Under the pieces are notes generated by a model, which made no database searches, was not told the origin of the DNA, and worked only from the letters and a program-made list of their open reading frames with translations. Positions 1-9,821 of a stretch of DNA of 64,000 nt are shown here, in pieces (the first letter of the stretch is position 1; the number at the start of each line of letters is the position of its first letter). This stretch comes from a virus: IMG/VR virus record IMGVR_UViG_3300021185_003122, positions 1 to 64,000 of that record. The stretch is one strand, 5' to 3'. Both the position numbers and the translations under genes were made by a program.

Positions 1-1038
1 AAATTGCACATCTGAGGTTGTAGTTAATCCTCCATTAAAGTTAACTGTTGACGCAGTAGTTGCATTCGAAGCTGATACTGAAGTGTTAGAAAAAGAAGCT
101 GTAGTTGCTTGGTCAATACTACCAGATACAGTTGCATTAATAGTTGTTGCAGTTATAACATCTGCTTGTAGAGCTTGCATAGTCGTACTACCAGATATGT
201 TTACTGACCCTGTAAATGTATGAATATCATCTGCACTATCACCAAATTGAGTCGAACCAGACTGAAGAATTACTGATGATGTAACGTACTCAGTATTAAA
301 CTGTTGAGCAGTTAAAGTACCTGTAACAGTAAAATCTCCATTTAATGTATCACTAGTATTAAGTAAGTAGGAACCTGAGTTGCTATTTAAACTACTAATA
401 GACGTCTCATTTGATGTAACTCTAGACTGTAATGATGCTGACGTAGCCGAATTGACGGCAATATCAACTGCTAGAGATGAACTAAGTGTTGTAGATGACC
501 CTGATATATCTGTAGCTATCTGTGCTGAGCTAGATAGTACACCGTTTGTAGAAAGTAAGGAACCTGTAATACCGTTAGAAACTCTTACACTTCCTGTAAA
601 TGTATGAGTATCATCTGCTGAGTTACCAAATAAAGAAGAACCAGAATCAAATAAAATCGATGAACTTATTAATTCTGATTTAAACTCTTGAGCAGTTACA
701 GTTCCTAGTACAACTAAATCCCCTGATAGTTCTCCAGAACCTGATATAGATAAATGATTACTATCATAGTTAAACTGAAAATTGCTTGAACCAGTTAGGA
801 ACGATGATGATACGTTACTTGAACCTGATTTTACTTGAATTTGGTAATTATTTCCTATAGCCTGTGGAAAGAAAATATCAGTACCACTATTTAGAGACTT
901 GCTTTGGAATAATGTTACCCCGTATGGTCTAGCTGCTTCACCAATGTACGATGAGCTAAAAAAGAACTCTTTAAAGTTCTGATCAAGTTCAGTATGTGTT
1001 AACGGTGATCCTTTTGTTTCTCTAAACGTTATAGCCAT
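1..1038 (-). CDS. Tail fibre protein (3' end runs off the window)
   Basis: Not in ORF track. ATG at 1038 (MAITFRETKGSPLTHTELDQNF...), open to position 1. Two copies of a G-x-V/L-TAQxF...GSx-FGxSADDxHTFTGSV repeat; N-terminus resembles that of 1040..1711. Confidence 0.75.
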   Translation of the reverse strand, partial: MAITFRETKGSPLTHTELDQNFKEFFFSSSYIGEAARPYGVTLFQSKSLNSGTDIFFPQAIGNNYQIQVKSGSSNVSSSFLTGSSNFQFNYDSNHLSISGSGELSGDLVVLGTVTAQEFKSELISSSILFDSGSSLFGNSADDTHTFTGSVRVSNGITGSLLSTNGVLSSSAQIATDISGSSTTLSSSLAVDIAVNSATSASLQSRVTSNETSISSLNSNSGSYLLNTSDTLNGDFTVTGTLTAQQFNTEYVTSSVILQSGSTQFGDSADDIHTFTGSVNISGSTTMQALQADVITATTINATVSGSIDQATTASFSNTSVSASNATTASTVNFNGGLTTTSDVQF

Positions 1039-1039
1039 T

Positions 1040-1711
1040 TTACTTATCTTCTAATTGAGAAATTCTTTTCTCTAAATCGTTTATTATACTTTTATGCTCT
1101 TTAATTGTTTCTATTAACAAAGGAACAAGACCACCGTAATCTACATTAAGATAGCCATTATTATCTTCAGAAACAACTTCTGGAAGAACTTTCTGTACTT
1201 GTTGTGCAAGCACTCCTACATTTCTTTCATTCTTTTCTTTCCAGTTATAGTATACTCCATCAATAGCTTCTAATCTATCAGAAGCATTATCTATTATATA
1301 AATATTTTCTTTTAATCTTTCGTCAGATGTTTGAAAAACTGTACCAGATGCTCTTATACTACCTGATACGTCTAACGCATATGATAGTGGAAGAGAAGAA
1401 CCTGATTCATTAACTTTAATACCCACACTCCCGCTTTCATCAACTACGAATCCAGGCATAGTAATAATAGTAGAAGAACCTGAAAATGCTGCGACTCTTC
1501 TGTTTAGACCTGCATCCTGTAATCCTTTTATTAGTGAATATGAAACTGAACCTGAGTTTATAGGTACATTTTGACTACTTGAATAATGTAGTGTTAATTG
1601 TTGTCCGTTTCCAGACAGAGAACTAGAATAGAAAAAAGAACCAAAATTTTTATCCATTTCTGAATAAGTCAATGCTTCTGTTTTATTTGCTCTAAACGTT
1701 ATTGTTGACAT
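1040..1711 (-). CDS. Tail fibre protein with C-terminal intramolecular chaperone (peptidase S74-like) domain
   Basis: TSDERLKENI...GVLAQQVQKVLPEVV...VDYGGLVPLLIETIKE followed by a coiled coil. Confidence 0.85.
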   Translation of the reverse strand: MSTITFRANKTEALTYSEMDKNFGSFFYSSSLSGNGQQLTLHYSSSQNVPINSGSVSYSLIKGLQDAGLNRRVAAFSGSSTIITMPGFVVDESGSVGIKVNESGSSLPLSYALDVSGSIRASGTVFQTSDERLKENIYIIDNASDRLEAIDGVYYNWKEKNERNVGVLAQQVQKVLPEVVSEDNNGYLNVDYGGLVPLLIETIKEHKSIINDLEKRISQLEDK

Positions 1712-2745
1712 TATATATCTATTTTAATTGCGAATGTCATATCTACATTCTCTGATTTTGGAATCGGTCTGTTTAGTTTACCTAAAGCAATCAATTCGTT
1801 ACTTTCATTATATAATCCAACAGCCGATATGTAAGGTCTGAAAGTACTTCCTGATATGTTATCTCGAACAGTATTATCAGATCCTGTTAGTGCTGATGGA
1901 TTAAAGGTATGGTTTAGTTCAGACTCTTTAACCGTACAGTGAATGTTATATGTATAAATAGGTTGTTTTGATTTCCAGGTAACTTTATGTCTAGAATATG
2001 TCGAATAATATCTAGCTACTACCTCATCATTAAATATAATTAAACCTTGGTTATATATTATATCTCCTACATATCTTGTAGGTAATGTCCAAACACTATC
2101 AGAGCCTGATATTAGTAATCTTCCTTCTCCATCGTCTATAATAGGTATGTGTTGCATAGACCCGGTAGTTTCTATCATATACTGTTCGGTGCTTTCATCT
2201 ACATAGTTACTTTCACTAACTAAGTAACTACCAGTATCTATAGGTGCTGAGTTATACCAATACTTTATATCTTCTACGAATAAATTAGCTCCTGTGTTAG
2301 TATCGCTAACGTACGCATCTGAACAATATTTATCTACAGATTCAGTGAAATGCTCTATATGAACTGTGCCAGGTTCGATTCCCACTCCCATAACGTCTCT
2401 TGGAATAGAAATTATACCTACCTCATTCGTTTCAAATCTTGATCTTGATAGTTCTAATGTAGTTGTTGGGGAAATATCAAACGAACCTGAGTAAGTAGTA
2501 TACCCATCTAGTGAACCAGATGTGTTACCGTAAAAGCTTTGGTGTACGCTATTATATACTAATTTTTCGTAGCGATTATTTCTATAGTCAGAAGGGTAAG
2601 GGTACCCTGGTGTTGAACCAGAAAATCCTCTTAAAGTTTCTATTCCGTATTCTGTAATATAGCTCCCTGTTGCATACCAGTGTTTCTTAGCTACATAATC
2701 AGTTACGTAAACATCCTGACGATTTAATTTCTTGTATGCACTCAT
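1711..2745 (-). CDS. Virion tail/baseplate structural protein
   Basis: C-terminal YISAVGLYNESNELIALGKLNRPIPK motif shared with 2749..3771; lies in tail operon. Confidence 0.6.
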   Translation of the reverse strand: MSAYKKLNRQDVYVTDYVAKKHWYATGSYITEYGIETLRGFSGSTPGYPYPSDYRNNRYEKLVYNSVHQSFYGNTSGSLDGYTTYSGSFDISPTTTLELSRSRFETNEVGIISIPRDVMGVGIEPGTVHIEHFTESVDKYCSDAYVSDTNTGANLFVEDIKYWYNSAPIDTGSYLVSESNYVDESTEQYMIETTGSMQHIPIIDDGEGRLLISGSDSVWTLPTRYVGDIIYNQGLIIFNDEVVARYYSTYSRHKVTWKSKQPIYTYNIHCTVKESELNHTFNPSALTGSDNTVRDNISGSTFRPYISAVGLYNESNELIALGKLNRPIPKSENVDMTFAIKIDI

Positions 2746-2748
2746 TCA

Positions 2749-3771
2749 TTAGTAGTCTAACTTGATACGAACTAATGATTCTTTAGAAAAATCTTTTAAT
2801 AGAGGTCTAGATAATTTTGCTACTGCTAACAAATCGTTATTATCATTGTATAAACCTACTGCTGTAATGTATGATTGAGGTGAGTCAATCATTACATTAT
2901 GTCTAATTTCTCCAGAACCTGTGATCAATGAAGGGTTAGTAGAATAGTTAAACTCTGCATTACGTGCTCTAACAAAAACAAAGTTAGATGTAATAGTTTC
3001 TTCAGATTGAACTCTAAAGCTACCACTTAATGTTAGAAGATTATAAAAGGTTGCCATGTTTGCACCTGCTGTATTAGCCGACCTATTAGTATTAAGTGCT
3101 AATCCTCCTTGAGCTGTATTTCCATCTAATGCCTTACCGTTAATAAGTATTACTCCAATATCTGGTAAAAGTTTACCGTATGAACCTGATCCGTTTGTAT
3201 ATCCATTAGTATCTACTCCAGAGTAAACGTTACCTAAAGAACCTGATACTAATTCAAATACTCTTCCTGCATCAGTAAATGTTGTTGTAGCTACTACTTG
3301 ACTATCATCAGTTAAGGTTATTTCCGCACCACTAGAAGATACATGAAGTTTAAATTCTAATGTACCAGGTAGTAACTTCTCTTTGTATCTTGCTCTGTCG
3401 ATTGTAATAGCATAAAAATATTCAGAGTTAATACTTCCAAATGTAAAGTCTTCTTCTTCAGTTCCCAGTACTAGGTTTCTATATTGTCCGTATACTGTTG
3501 CAGAAGGTGACTTTCCAGCAACGTTAGTATTGTAGTATAGTGATCCACTTCCTTTTTTATCTGCGTAAGCTACACTAAATTGCACTCGAGCAGTATCTAG
3601 AGTAGATCCTGTTTGATAAACATCATAATAGAAATCAGCAGAAGTTCCTCCGATTTGAGTTGATGATGTAAAAAATGATGTAAGAGTAGTTACATCTCCT
3701 GACCATACTGGAGCAGTTACTGATTCAGCACTCACCACTACGTCTTCTGTATCGAATCTTTTATATGACAT
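2749..3771 (-). CDS. Virion tail/baseplate structural protein (paralogue of 1711..2745)
   Basis: YITAVGLYNDNNDLLAVAKLSRPLLK C-terminal motif; operon context. Confidence 0.6.
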   Translation of the reverse strand: MSYKRFDTEDVVVSAESVTAPVWSGDVTTLTSFFTSSTQIGGTSADFYYDVYQTGSTLDTARVQFSVAYADKKGSGSLYYNTNVAGKSPSATVYGQYRNLVLGTEEEDFTFGSINSEYFYAITIDRARYKEKLLPGTLEFKLHVSSSGAEITLTDDSQVVATTTFTDAGRVFELVSGSLGNVYSGVDTNGYTNGSGSYGKLLPDIGVILINGKALDGNTAQGGLALNTNRSANTAGANMATFYNLLTLSGSFRVQSEETITSNFVFVRARNAEFNYSTNPSLITGSGEIRHNVMIDSPQSYITAVGLYNDNNDLLAVAKLSRPLLKDFSKESLVRIKLDY

Positions 3772-3773
3772 GA

Positions 3774-4430
3774 TTAGTTAGTTTTAGTGATTGTTACTGG
3801 TATCGTTAATCTAGCTCCTGATCCTCTACCAATTACAGTTAATGTAGTTTGTAAGGAAATTCTTGAACCGAATAATGTGTTTACTGATGTAGCAGTAAGG
3901 TTAATTGTTGTTCCAATTACTGTTTTCGATACGTTTGTACCTACTGTAGTTGAAGTATTTAACCTTTCAGCATCTTCTGTATTGATTCCAACACCAGTAA
4001 AGGAGTTAAGAGTTCTTACATCAGCAATTGTTGCTGTATATCCGTCTGTTTCAAAAATAGACGTTGCTCCTAAGTAGTTAAGTGTTTGAGGGGTAACTGC
4101 TACAGAAGCACCTTGTTTAAGAGAAATAGATGAATAACCTAAATCTAGTACAGGAAGTTTTGATGTCCCTCTAGGTAGAGTTGTAAGCTTATATTTCATT
4201 ATTTGTGTTTCGTCAGGAAAAGCTTCTAACAATGGCATGTTTTCTATTGCTTCTCCGTACAGAGCAGAACCTGAGGGATGTGATGGATTGTATAAGGTGT
4301 AATCAATCTCGTCATCTGCTAATGCAAATTGAGTGATCTTAAAAGAGCCATCCCCTCTAGCTAATAACTCTCTTCCTTTTTTTGTTAAAATCGCATCCAC
4401 CGTCACGATTGAATTATCTAAGTATCCCAT
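3774..4430 (-). CDS. Virion structural protein (baseplate/tail-collar-like)
   Basis: DAILTKKGRELLA...ITQFALADDEIDY resembles N-termini of tail fibre/baseplate attachment proteins. Confidence 0.55.
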   Translation of the reverse strand: MGYLDNSIVTVDAILTKKGRELLARGDGSFKITQFALADDEIDYTLYNPSHPSGSALYGEAIENMPLLEAFPDETQIMKYKLTTLPRGTSKLPVLDLGYSSISLKQGASVAVTPQTLNYLGATSIFETDGYTATIADVRTLNSFTGVGINTEDAERLNTSTTVGTNVSKTVIGTTINLTATSVNTLFGSRISLQTTLTVIGRGSGARLTIPVTITKTN

Positions 4431-4472
4431 TTTCTAAATGTGTTTTATATAAATATATGTTAATTAAGTATT

Positions 4473-5429
4473 CTATTCAACTAGAGTAACTCCTCCTAGT
4501 TCATTTGTTGTAAAAACTTCTCCTTTGTCTATAGAAAAGACTTTACTTCCTACTGTTCTTACTAAATCATTTCCTTGCTCTGTGAAAATAAAGCTACCTG
4601 AGCTAGGGAAATTAGGAAAAGTTTTTGTAGGATGACTACCAGAAATTTCTGAATTAAAAAAGATTCTTACTATTTCTCTGTCTGATTGGTTAATATTTTT
4701 TATTGTAGTTGTATCTGCATCAGAGCTATGAATACTGCCTTTAAACCCTTTTACTGATTGAGCTGGGGAGTTTCCTGCGATGCGATTACTGTTTACATAA
4801 GATGTTAAATTATCTTTATTTGCCTCGTAAGCAGAACCTGCTGCTGTAAATTTACTACCGTTGTATTTACCGTTTATTATACCTGTTTTAGTATATGAGC
4901 AGTTTTGTATTTCAGCAAACTCTGCTGATTGAGATAAAATAGCATCAAAGTTAGTAGGATTTACGGCATCTGCAAATCTATCTACTTTTTGTGCCTTTGC
5001 GTTTCTTTTACTACCTTCACTATTATTCATTAGAGGATTATAATCGTTATTATTAAACTCTAAAGTTGAATAAGGTACAAAGACAAATTCTGAGTTTTCA
5101 AATGTATTGACTCCTCCTATCTCAGTAGGTAATTGATTTACTACTACTTCATCGAAAGTAAAGTAGAAGTATTCACTTCTTTTTTGTCTTCCTGTTATTT
5201 TTGCTGTTACTGTTCCTGTTGTATAAGTAAAGTTAATATCAGTTACTTCTTTAAATGCTGCCGCTACATTAGTTCCTTCTTGACTAGTAAATGGAATAGT
5301 TAATCCTTGTAAATGAAAAGGAGCTGTAGGGATACTATCAGAACCAGAAACACTACTACTGTAAAGCAGGTTTGCGTTTCCTGTTCCGTACGATTGGGGT
5401 CTAGATGCTATAAATTCTTGTAGTGTCAT
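4473..5429 (-). CDS. Putative virion structural protein
   Basis: 318 aa, S/T/G/N-rich, inside structural operon. Confidence 0.45.
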   Translation of the reverse strand: MTLQEFIASRPQSYGTGNANLLYSSSVSGSDSIPTAPFHLQGLTIPFTSQEGTNVAAAFKEVTDINFTYTTGTVTAKITGRQKRSEYFYFTFDEVVVNQLPTEIGGVNTFENSEFVFVPYSTLEFNNNDYNPLMNNSEGSKRNAKAQKVDRFADAVNPTNFDAILSQSAEFAEIQNCSYTKTGIINGKYNGSKFTAAGSAYEANKDNLTSYVNSNRIAGNSPAQSVKGFKGSIHSSDADTTTIKNINQSDREIVRIFFNSEISGSHPTKTFPNFPSSGSFIFTEQGNDLVRTVGSKVFSIDKGEVFTTNELGGVTLVE

Positions 5430-5431
5430 AT

Positions 5432-8400
5432 CTAATTAAAAATAGCGTAATATTTATTTCCTTTAGTCTGTTCATCTTCATAGTATATTGAAATAGTAGA
5501 TGAAGTAGAGAATAAAGTACTTCCTGTTGTAGGTCCGTTATACCATCCGTTAAATTCTCCTCCATAGTAGCTCGTTTCAGCTATTACTGTAAAGAACTCA
5601 TAAGTGTCATAATCATGAGAGAACTTAAGGTTAGTAACAGATGGACCCATACTTATTGGATATGTCATTTCAATTGAGCCACTTATTCCGTCTCCTTCAC
5701 TTCCTGTAGCGTAAAATTCAAAGTATTCTCCTACGTAAGAAGAAGAAAGAGCTACAACACATGCTGGTGGTATAGGTAGAGATAAGTTAAATAATGTAAG
5801 GTCAAAAGTAATATTAGGTTGTGCTGATCCTACGAACGGGTTATTTTTACCAACCTCTCCGTCTGTTGAAATAAGTAAAGAACCACTAAACTCACCAGTA
5901 AACTGCGGTGATTCATCAGTTACGTTTCTAGGAGCACTTCCGAACGGTGTGACAATTCTTGCGTTATAGTTAGTAGTAAATCCATAGCTTGCAGTTGAAT
6001 CGTAACTACCACCTTGACCACCTGTCATAGAAGCAATAGACAGTGAACCGGATTTAGTTTCATCAGTTATTACTCCTGATACTTGTTGAGCTTTACTTCT
6101 ATGTAGTTTATGTGATTCAATTATTATACCTGTATCTACTTTTGTTCTAGCAGGAACAAAGTCTTTTATCATTCTAAATAAAGAACTATCAAAAAAGTTT
6201 AACAGTCTTATGAATGATTTAGGGCTTCTTGCATACTGTAATGCATCATCCCAATCCCAGTCTGCTTCATTCCACTTAGTAAATATATCCTCCCAAGTAT
6301 AGGACATATCGGTAATTCTTCTTCCTAACAGATTAAGTCTTTCATATTTTTTTTCAGCATTATCTCTTGGATCACCAATATAGTCATCAATATCAAAACT
6401 ACCAGATACTTTTAAATCTATAAATTCGTTTGTACCTCTAGCAACATTGAATCCTACTTGTACTTGATGACTATCATCTGAATATCTTTTTTTCTTTTTT
6501 ATAGTAGAAACATATCTAGATAAAGTACTACCTGATATTAAACTACCTGTATTATCTAATCTAACTTTACCAGCGGGAGTAACGTGGTACCTTATTGAAC
6601 CGCTAGGTTCAGCACTAGTAGTAATAGATGTGTCAATAGATTCAGATATACTAGAAGAGGTAAAGTACTCAGGTCCAAAATATCTGTTTGAATCTATAGT
6701 AGCTCCTCCGTACTGTTTTACTGATAACATATCAAAAGGTATACCGAAGCAGTTAATTAGTGCTTTTAATCCTCTTTCAGTTCCTTTAGTTTGAGTTAAG
6801 TAAGGTAAGTTATGGTAAATTCTTTTGTGTACCTCTTGTTCGTAATCTAACTTAGATACTGGTTGTAGATATTCAAGTGCTGTACTGCCGCTGTTAAAAG
6901 AAGCAGAAGTAGCAATAGACATAGATGCTATGTTAAGCTCACTACCTGTTGAAGGTGTTTCACCTACAAGCATTGAAAATAAATTATCTGTGTTTTGATT
7001 ACTATCGTACAACTTAATACCGAATGACTCTATTGCACTCCTTACTATATCTTTTGCTATACCGAAATCAAGCCTGTTATCCCCGTTATACCTATCGGAC
7101 ATTGCTTTCATATAAACCCATATGTTGTCAAAATGTTGACCAATCATATGAGTAAACATTAAATAATTAGCATTATTACTATCCTCTCTTATAAAAGTAG
7201 GTATAGTGTTGATTAGAATATCATAGTTGGTATTATCGTATATTGATGCAGAGTTTAGTTTATCTGTAAACCAGTTAGATCCAGAAGTTGATGTAGTAGA
7301 ATATAGGCTTCCTGAGTTAATTTTAGGCCATGCGTGTGATCCACTTCCAAAATACAGATGTCTGTCGTAATGGTCAAAATTATTTACTACTCCTTTTATA
7401 AGGTTTTCATAGTAAGCTACACTTCCTGAGCTGTTACTAGCACTTAGAGAATTTGATGTATATGTTTCTAAATTTGTTTCATAAGATTCCAATAAAGCTA
7501 ACTTATATTGAAAGTTTCTTAATCTTTCTTCTACAGATGAAAAATGTATAAAATTGGAAAAATCATCATATCTTATAGTTATACTAGCTCCTTTTTCATT
7601 TAATAGTGAATATAGTTTATAATTTGAACTACTAATAGGATAACTAAAAAGTTGATTGTAATTTAAAAATTCAGTAGATGTACTTGAATCTTCTGCTAAC
7701 TCTACTTGAAAATTAGGACCCTTAAGATTTCTTACTGATATTTTATCTTCTATAAAAGTTGATACTATTTCAAACGCAAGAGTATTAGATACTACTTCTT
7801 CAACTGTGAATTCTGAGTTAGTGTTTTGACTAGAAGGTAGTGGATCGTATAATTTAAAAACTACTGCAAGACCTTTTGGTGTTTCTTCTAAATCTATATT
7901 TAGACCTATACTACTAACATTATCACCAAAATTTAATTTAAATTCAGAGAAGTAAGAGGGATCGTTAAGTTTGCTCTTTATAGAGTTAACATACTTAGTT
8001 ATAATGTCATCATCGATATCAATTGATAGTGCTCTTATTTCAGTTCCATCCCCAGATATACTTTCAATAAAAAGCGGACTTCCAAATATTCCGTCGGAAA
8101 AAAGATTATTAGTAAAAGTATAAACCAGTCTAACATCCCCACTTTCGTATCCTAAATTGACCATATCGTCAACTGGATTAATAGATATATTAGATGAACC
8201 AGCTTTACCAGCTGATGCGGCATTAAGTAACTGAGTGTACCTACTATAACCGTTTGTGACTTCTAATAAAGTGTTATCTAACGAATATACAAATAAGTCG
8301 ATACGGTGTTTTGACTGATCAAAGAGTGTATTGAGATCAAAAGAATCAATAAGCTTCTTATCATCATCTTTGATAGTGACATCTTGACTTGTAAAGTCTA

Positions 8401-8437
8401 CAGGTATTTCAGATATGTTATATGTATAATTTGCCAC
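5432..8437 (-). CDS. Large baseplate wedge/tail structural protein
   Basis: 1001 aa; TKGTERGLKALINCFGIP resembles the KGT-xx-L motif of baseplate wedge/tail protein I families. Confidence 0.6.
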   Translation of the reverse strand: MANYTYNISEIPVDFTSQDVTIKDDDKKLIDSFDLNTLFDQSKHRIDLFVYSLDNTLLEVTNGYSRYTQLLNAASAGKAGSSNISINPVDDMVNLGYESGDVRLVYTFTNNLFSDGIFGSPLFIESISGDGTEIRALSIDIDDDIITKYVNSIKSKLNDPSYFSEFKLNFGDNVSSIGLNIDLEETPKGLAVVFKLYDPLPSSQNTNSEFTVEEVVSNTLAFEIVSTFIEDKISVRNLKGPNFQVELAEDSSTSTEFLNYNQLFSYPISSSNYKLYSLLNEKGASITIRYDDFSNFIHFSSVEERLRNFQYKLALLESYETNLETYTSNSLSASNSSGSVAYYENLIKGVVNNFDHYDRHLYFGSGSHAWPKINSGSLYSTTSTSGSNWFTDKLNSASIYDNTNYDILINTIPTFIREDSNNANYLMFTHMIGQHFDNIWVYMKAMSDRYNGDNRLDFGIAKDIVRSAIESFGIKLYDSNQNTDNLFSMLVGETPSTGSELNIASMSIATSASFNSGSTALEYLQPVSKLDYEQEVHKRIYHNLPYLTQTKGTERGLKALINCFGIPFDMLSVKQYGGATIDSNRYFGPEYFTSSSISESIDTSITTSAEPSGSIRYHVTPAGKVRLDNTGSLISGSTLSRYVSTIKKKKRYSDDSHQVQVGFNVARGTNEFIDLKVSGSFDIDDYIGDPRDNAEKKYERLNLLGRRITDMSYTWEDIFTKWNEADWDWDDALQYARSPKSFIRLLNFFDSSLFRMIKDFVPARTKVDTGIIIESHKLHRSKAQQVSGVITDETKSGSLSIASMTGGQGGSYDSTASYGFTTNYNARIVTPFGSAPRNVTDESPQFTGEFSGSLLISTDGEVGKNNPFVGSAQPNITFDLTLFNLSLPIPPACVVALSSSYVGEYFEFYATGSEGDGISGSIEMTYPISMGPSVTNLKFSHDYDTYEFFTVIAETSYYGGEFNGWYNGPTTGSTLFSTSSTISIYYEDEQTKGNKYYAIFN

Positions 8438-8775
8438 TAACTTTCAGGATTATTCAAATCAATTATTTGTTGGTTAAGATCTAATATTTGTTCTCTGAGT
8501 ATAGATATTTCATCTAATAGAGGTTGAATATCCTCTGTGTCTTTTTCAAATTCTACTAATTCTGAGCTTCTTTCTACTAATACTCTATGTGAATTTAATT
8601 CACCTTCTACTGGTATTTCAAAATAAAATTTGTCGTACAGAGCAAAAAATTCTTCTATACTAGTTTCTTCTTCAACTGGTGCTGGTTGAGCAAATGTTTT
8701 AAAAGACCTATCTACTACTTTTTCAAATTGGTCTTTATTATAAACAGTTTTTTGTATTTTTATTTCATTAGCCAT
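8437..8775 (-). CDS. Hypothetical protein with C-terminal coiled coil
   Basis: ORF coupled to both neighbours. Confidence 0.5.
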   Translation of the reverse strand: MANEIKIQKTVYNKDQFEKVVDRSFKTFAQPAPVEEETSIEEFFALYDKFYFEIPVEGELNSHRVLVERSSELVEFEKDTEDIQPLLDEISILREQILDLNQQIIDLNNPES

Positions 8776-9820
8776 GTCTTACTACCTTGAAAACATTATT
8801 ATTATCTAGTACAATAGTACTATCGTTTAAAGTAGTTTTGACTAATAATCTATAGAATCTTTCTGGTTGAAGAGAATCCATATAAACATCAAAATAACTA
8901 CTAGTATCGTCGGCACTTAGTTTTGTATATGTTGTATCGAAGTCTATTATCATCTCTCCACTGTATTCATCTTTTATACCCCAATAAGATGCAGAAGGTA
9001 ATTTGTATTCTGTTAAATATATAGATGATGTAGTAAAACTTCTTGTAGGGTACTTAGGTCTAGCTGACAGTCTAAATCTAGCAGAATCAGAGTCAGAATA
9101 TTTTTCTTTGTGGTTTTTTATAGTTACAGTTGCTATATCAGTTGAAAGTTCTGATAACGAAGAGCTATATACACTGTCGTCCCATTTAAACTCTAGATAT
9201 GGGGGAAATATAGTATGAGTATTACTTCCAAAGTACTTTAAGTTAATACTAGCGGATACATAATTCTCATATGAATCCTCTATCTTTAGTAACATTCCGT
9301 AGTTTGGTATACTACTACTATAATGAGATGTAACTACCGTTGTAACATCTAAGTCTACATCATGGTCCGAATCTAATGTAAATGTCTGACTACCTGAGAC
9401 GCTAGAGGTAATAAAATCTGCACCTAAGCTGTCCCATGCATTTTCCTGCGCTCCTCTATGTCTCCAAGAAACACCGGTTTTGTTTAAAGGACTGTCGTCT
9501 CTTCTTCCAGTACCGTTTGTCCATGATTGAGATACAGGATAAGCATAGATTATATAGGAAGTAGGTATTTCTGTTGCTGATGCTAAAGATAAATGTAGAC
9601 TTGATGACCATGTTCCAGTTACTTTGTTATCTAAAGTAGATGTTATTTCCGATGTTTTAAATTGAATAAGAGATCTTTGAGCTCTACCAACTAAATTTGC
9701 ATCAGGATAACCACCTATTTCAATTACTGGGTCTAGTCCTGCGTTACCGTAGATGCCAGAAGTATTTGGTTCTGACCAAATAGTAGTGTCTTTTTCGGGA
9801 AATAATCTATATACTGCCAT
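8768..9820 (-). CDS. Virion protein, DNRLRE-domain-like
   Basis: KDTTIWSE...N.G...RSLIQF...W..G...NYGMLLK...PYLE pattern. Confidence 0.55.
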   Translation of the reverse strand: MAVYRLFPEKDTTIWSEPNTSGIYGNAGLDPVIEIGGYPDANLVGRAQRSLIQFKTSEITSTLDNKVTGTWSSSLHLSLASATEIPTSYIIYAYPVSQSWTNGTGRRDDSPLNKTGVSWRHRGAQENAWDSLGADFITSSVSGSQTFTLDSDHDVDLDVTTVVTSHYSSSIPNYGMLLKIEDSYENYVSASINLKYFGSNTHTIFPPYLEFKWDDSVYSSSLSELSTDIATVTIKNHKEKYSDSDSARFRLSARPKYPTRSFTTSSIYLTEYKLPSASYWGIKDEYSGEMIIDFDTTYTKLSADDTSSYFDVYMDSLQPERFYRLLVKTTLNDSTIVLDNNNVFKVVRHG

Positions 9821-9821
9821 C

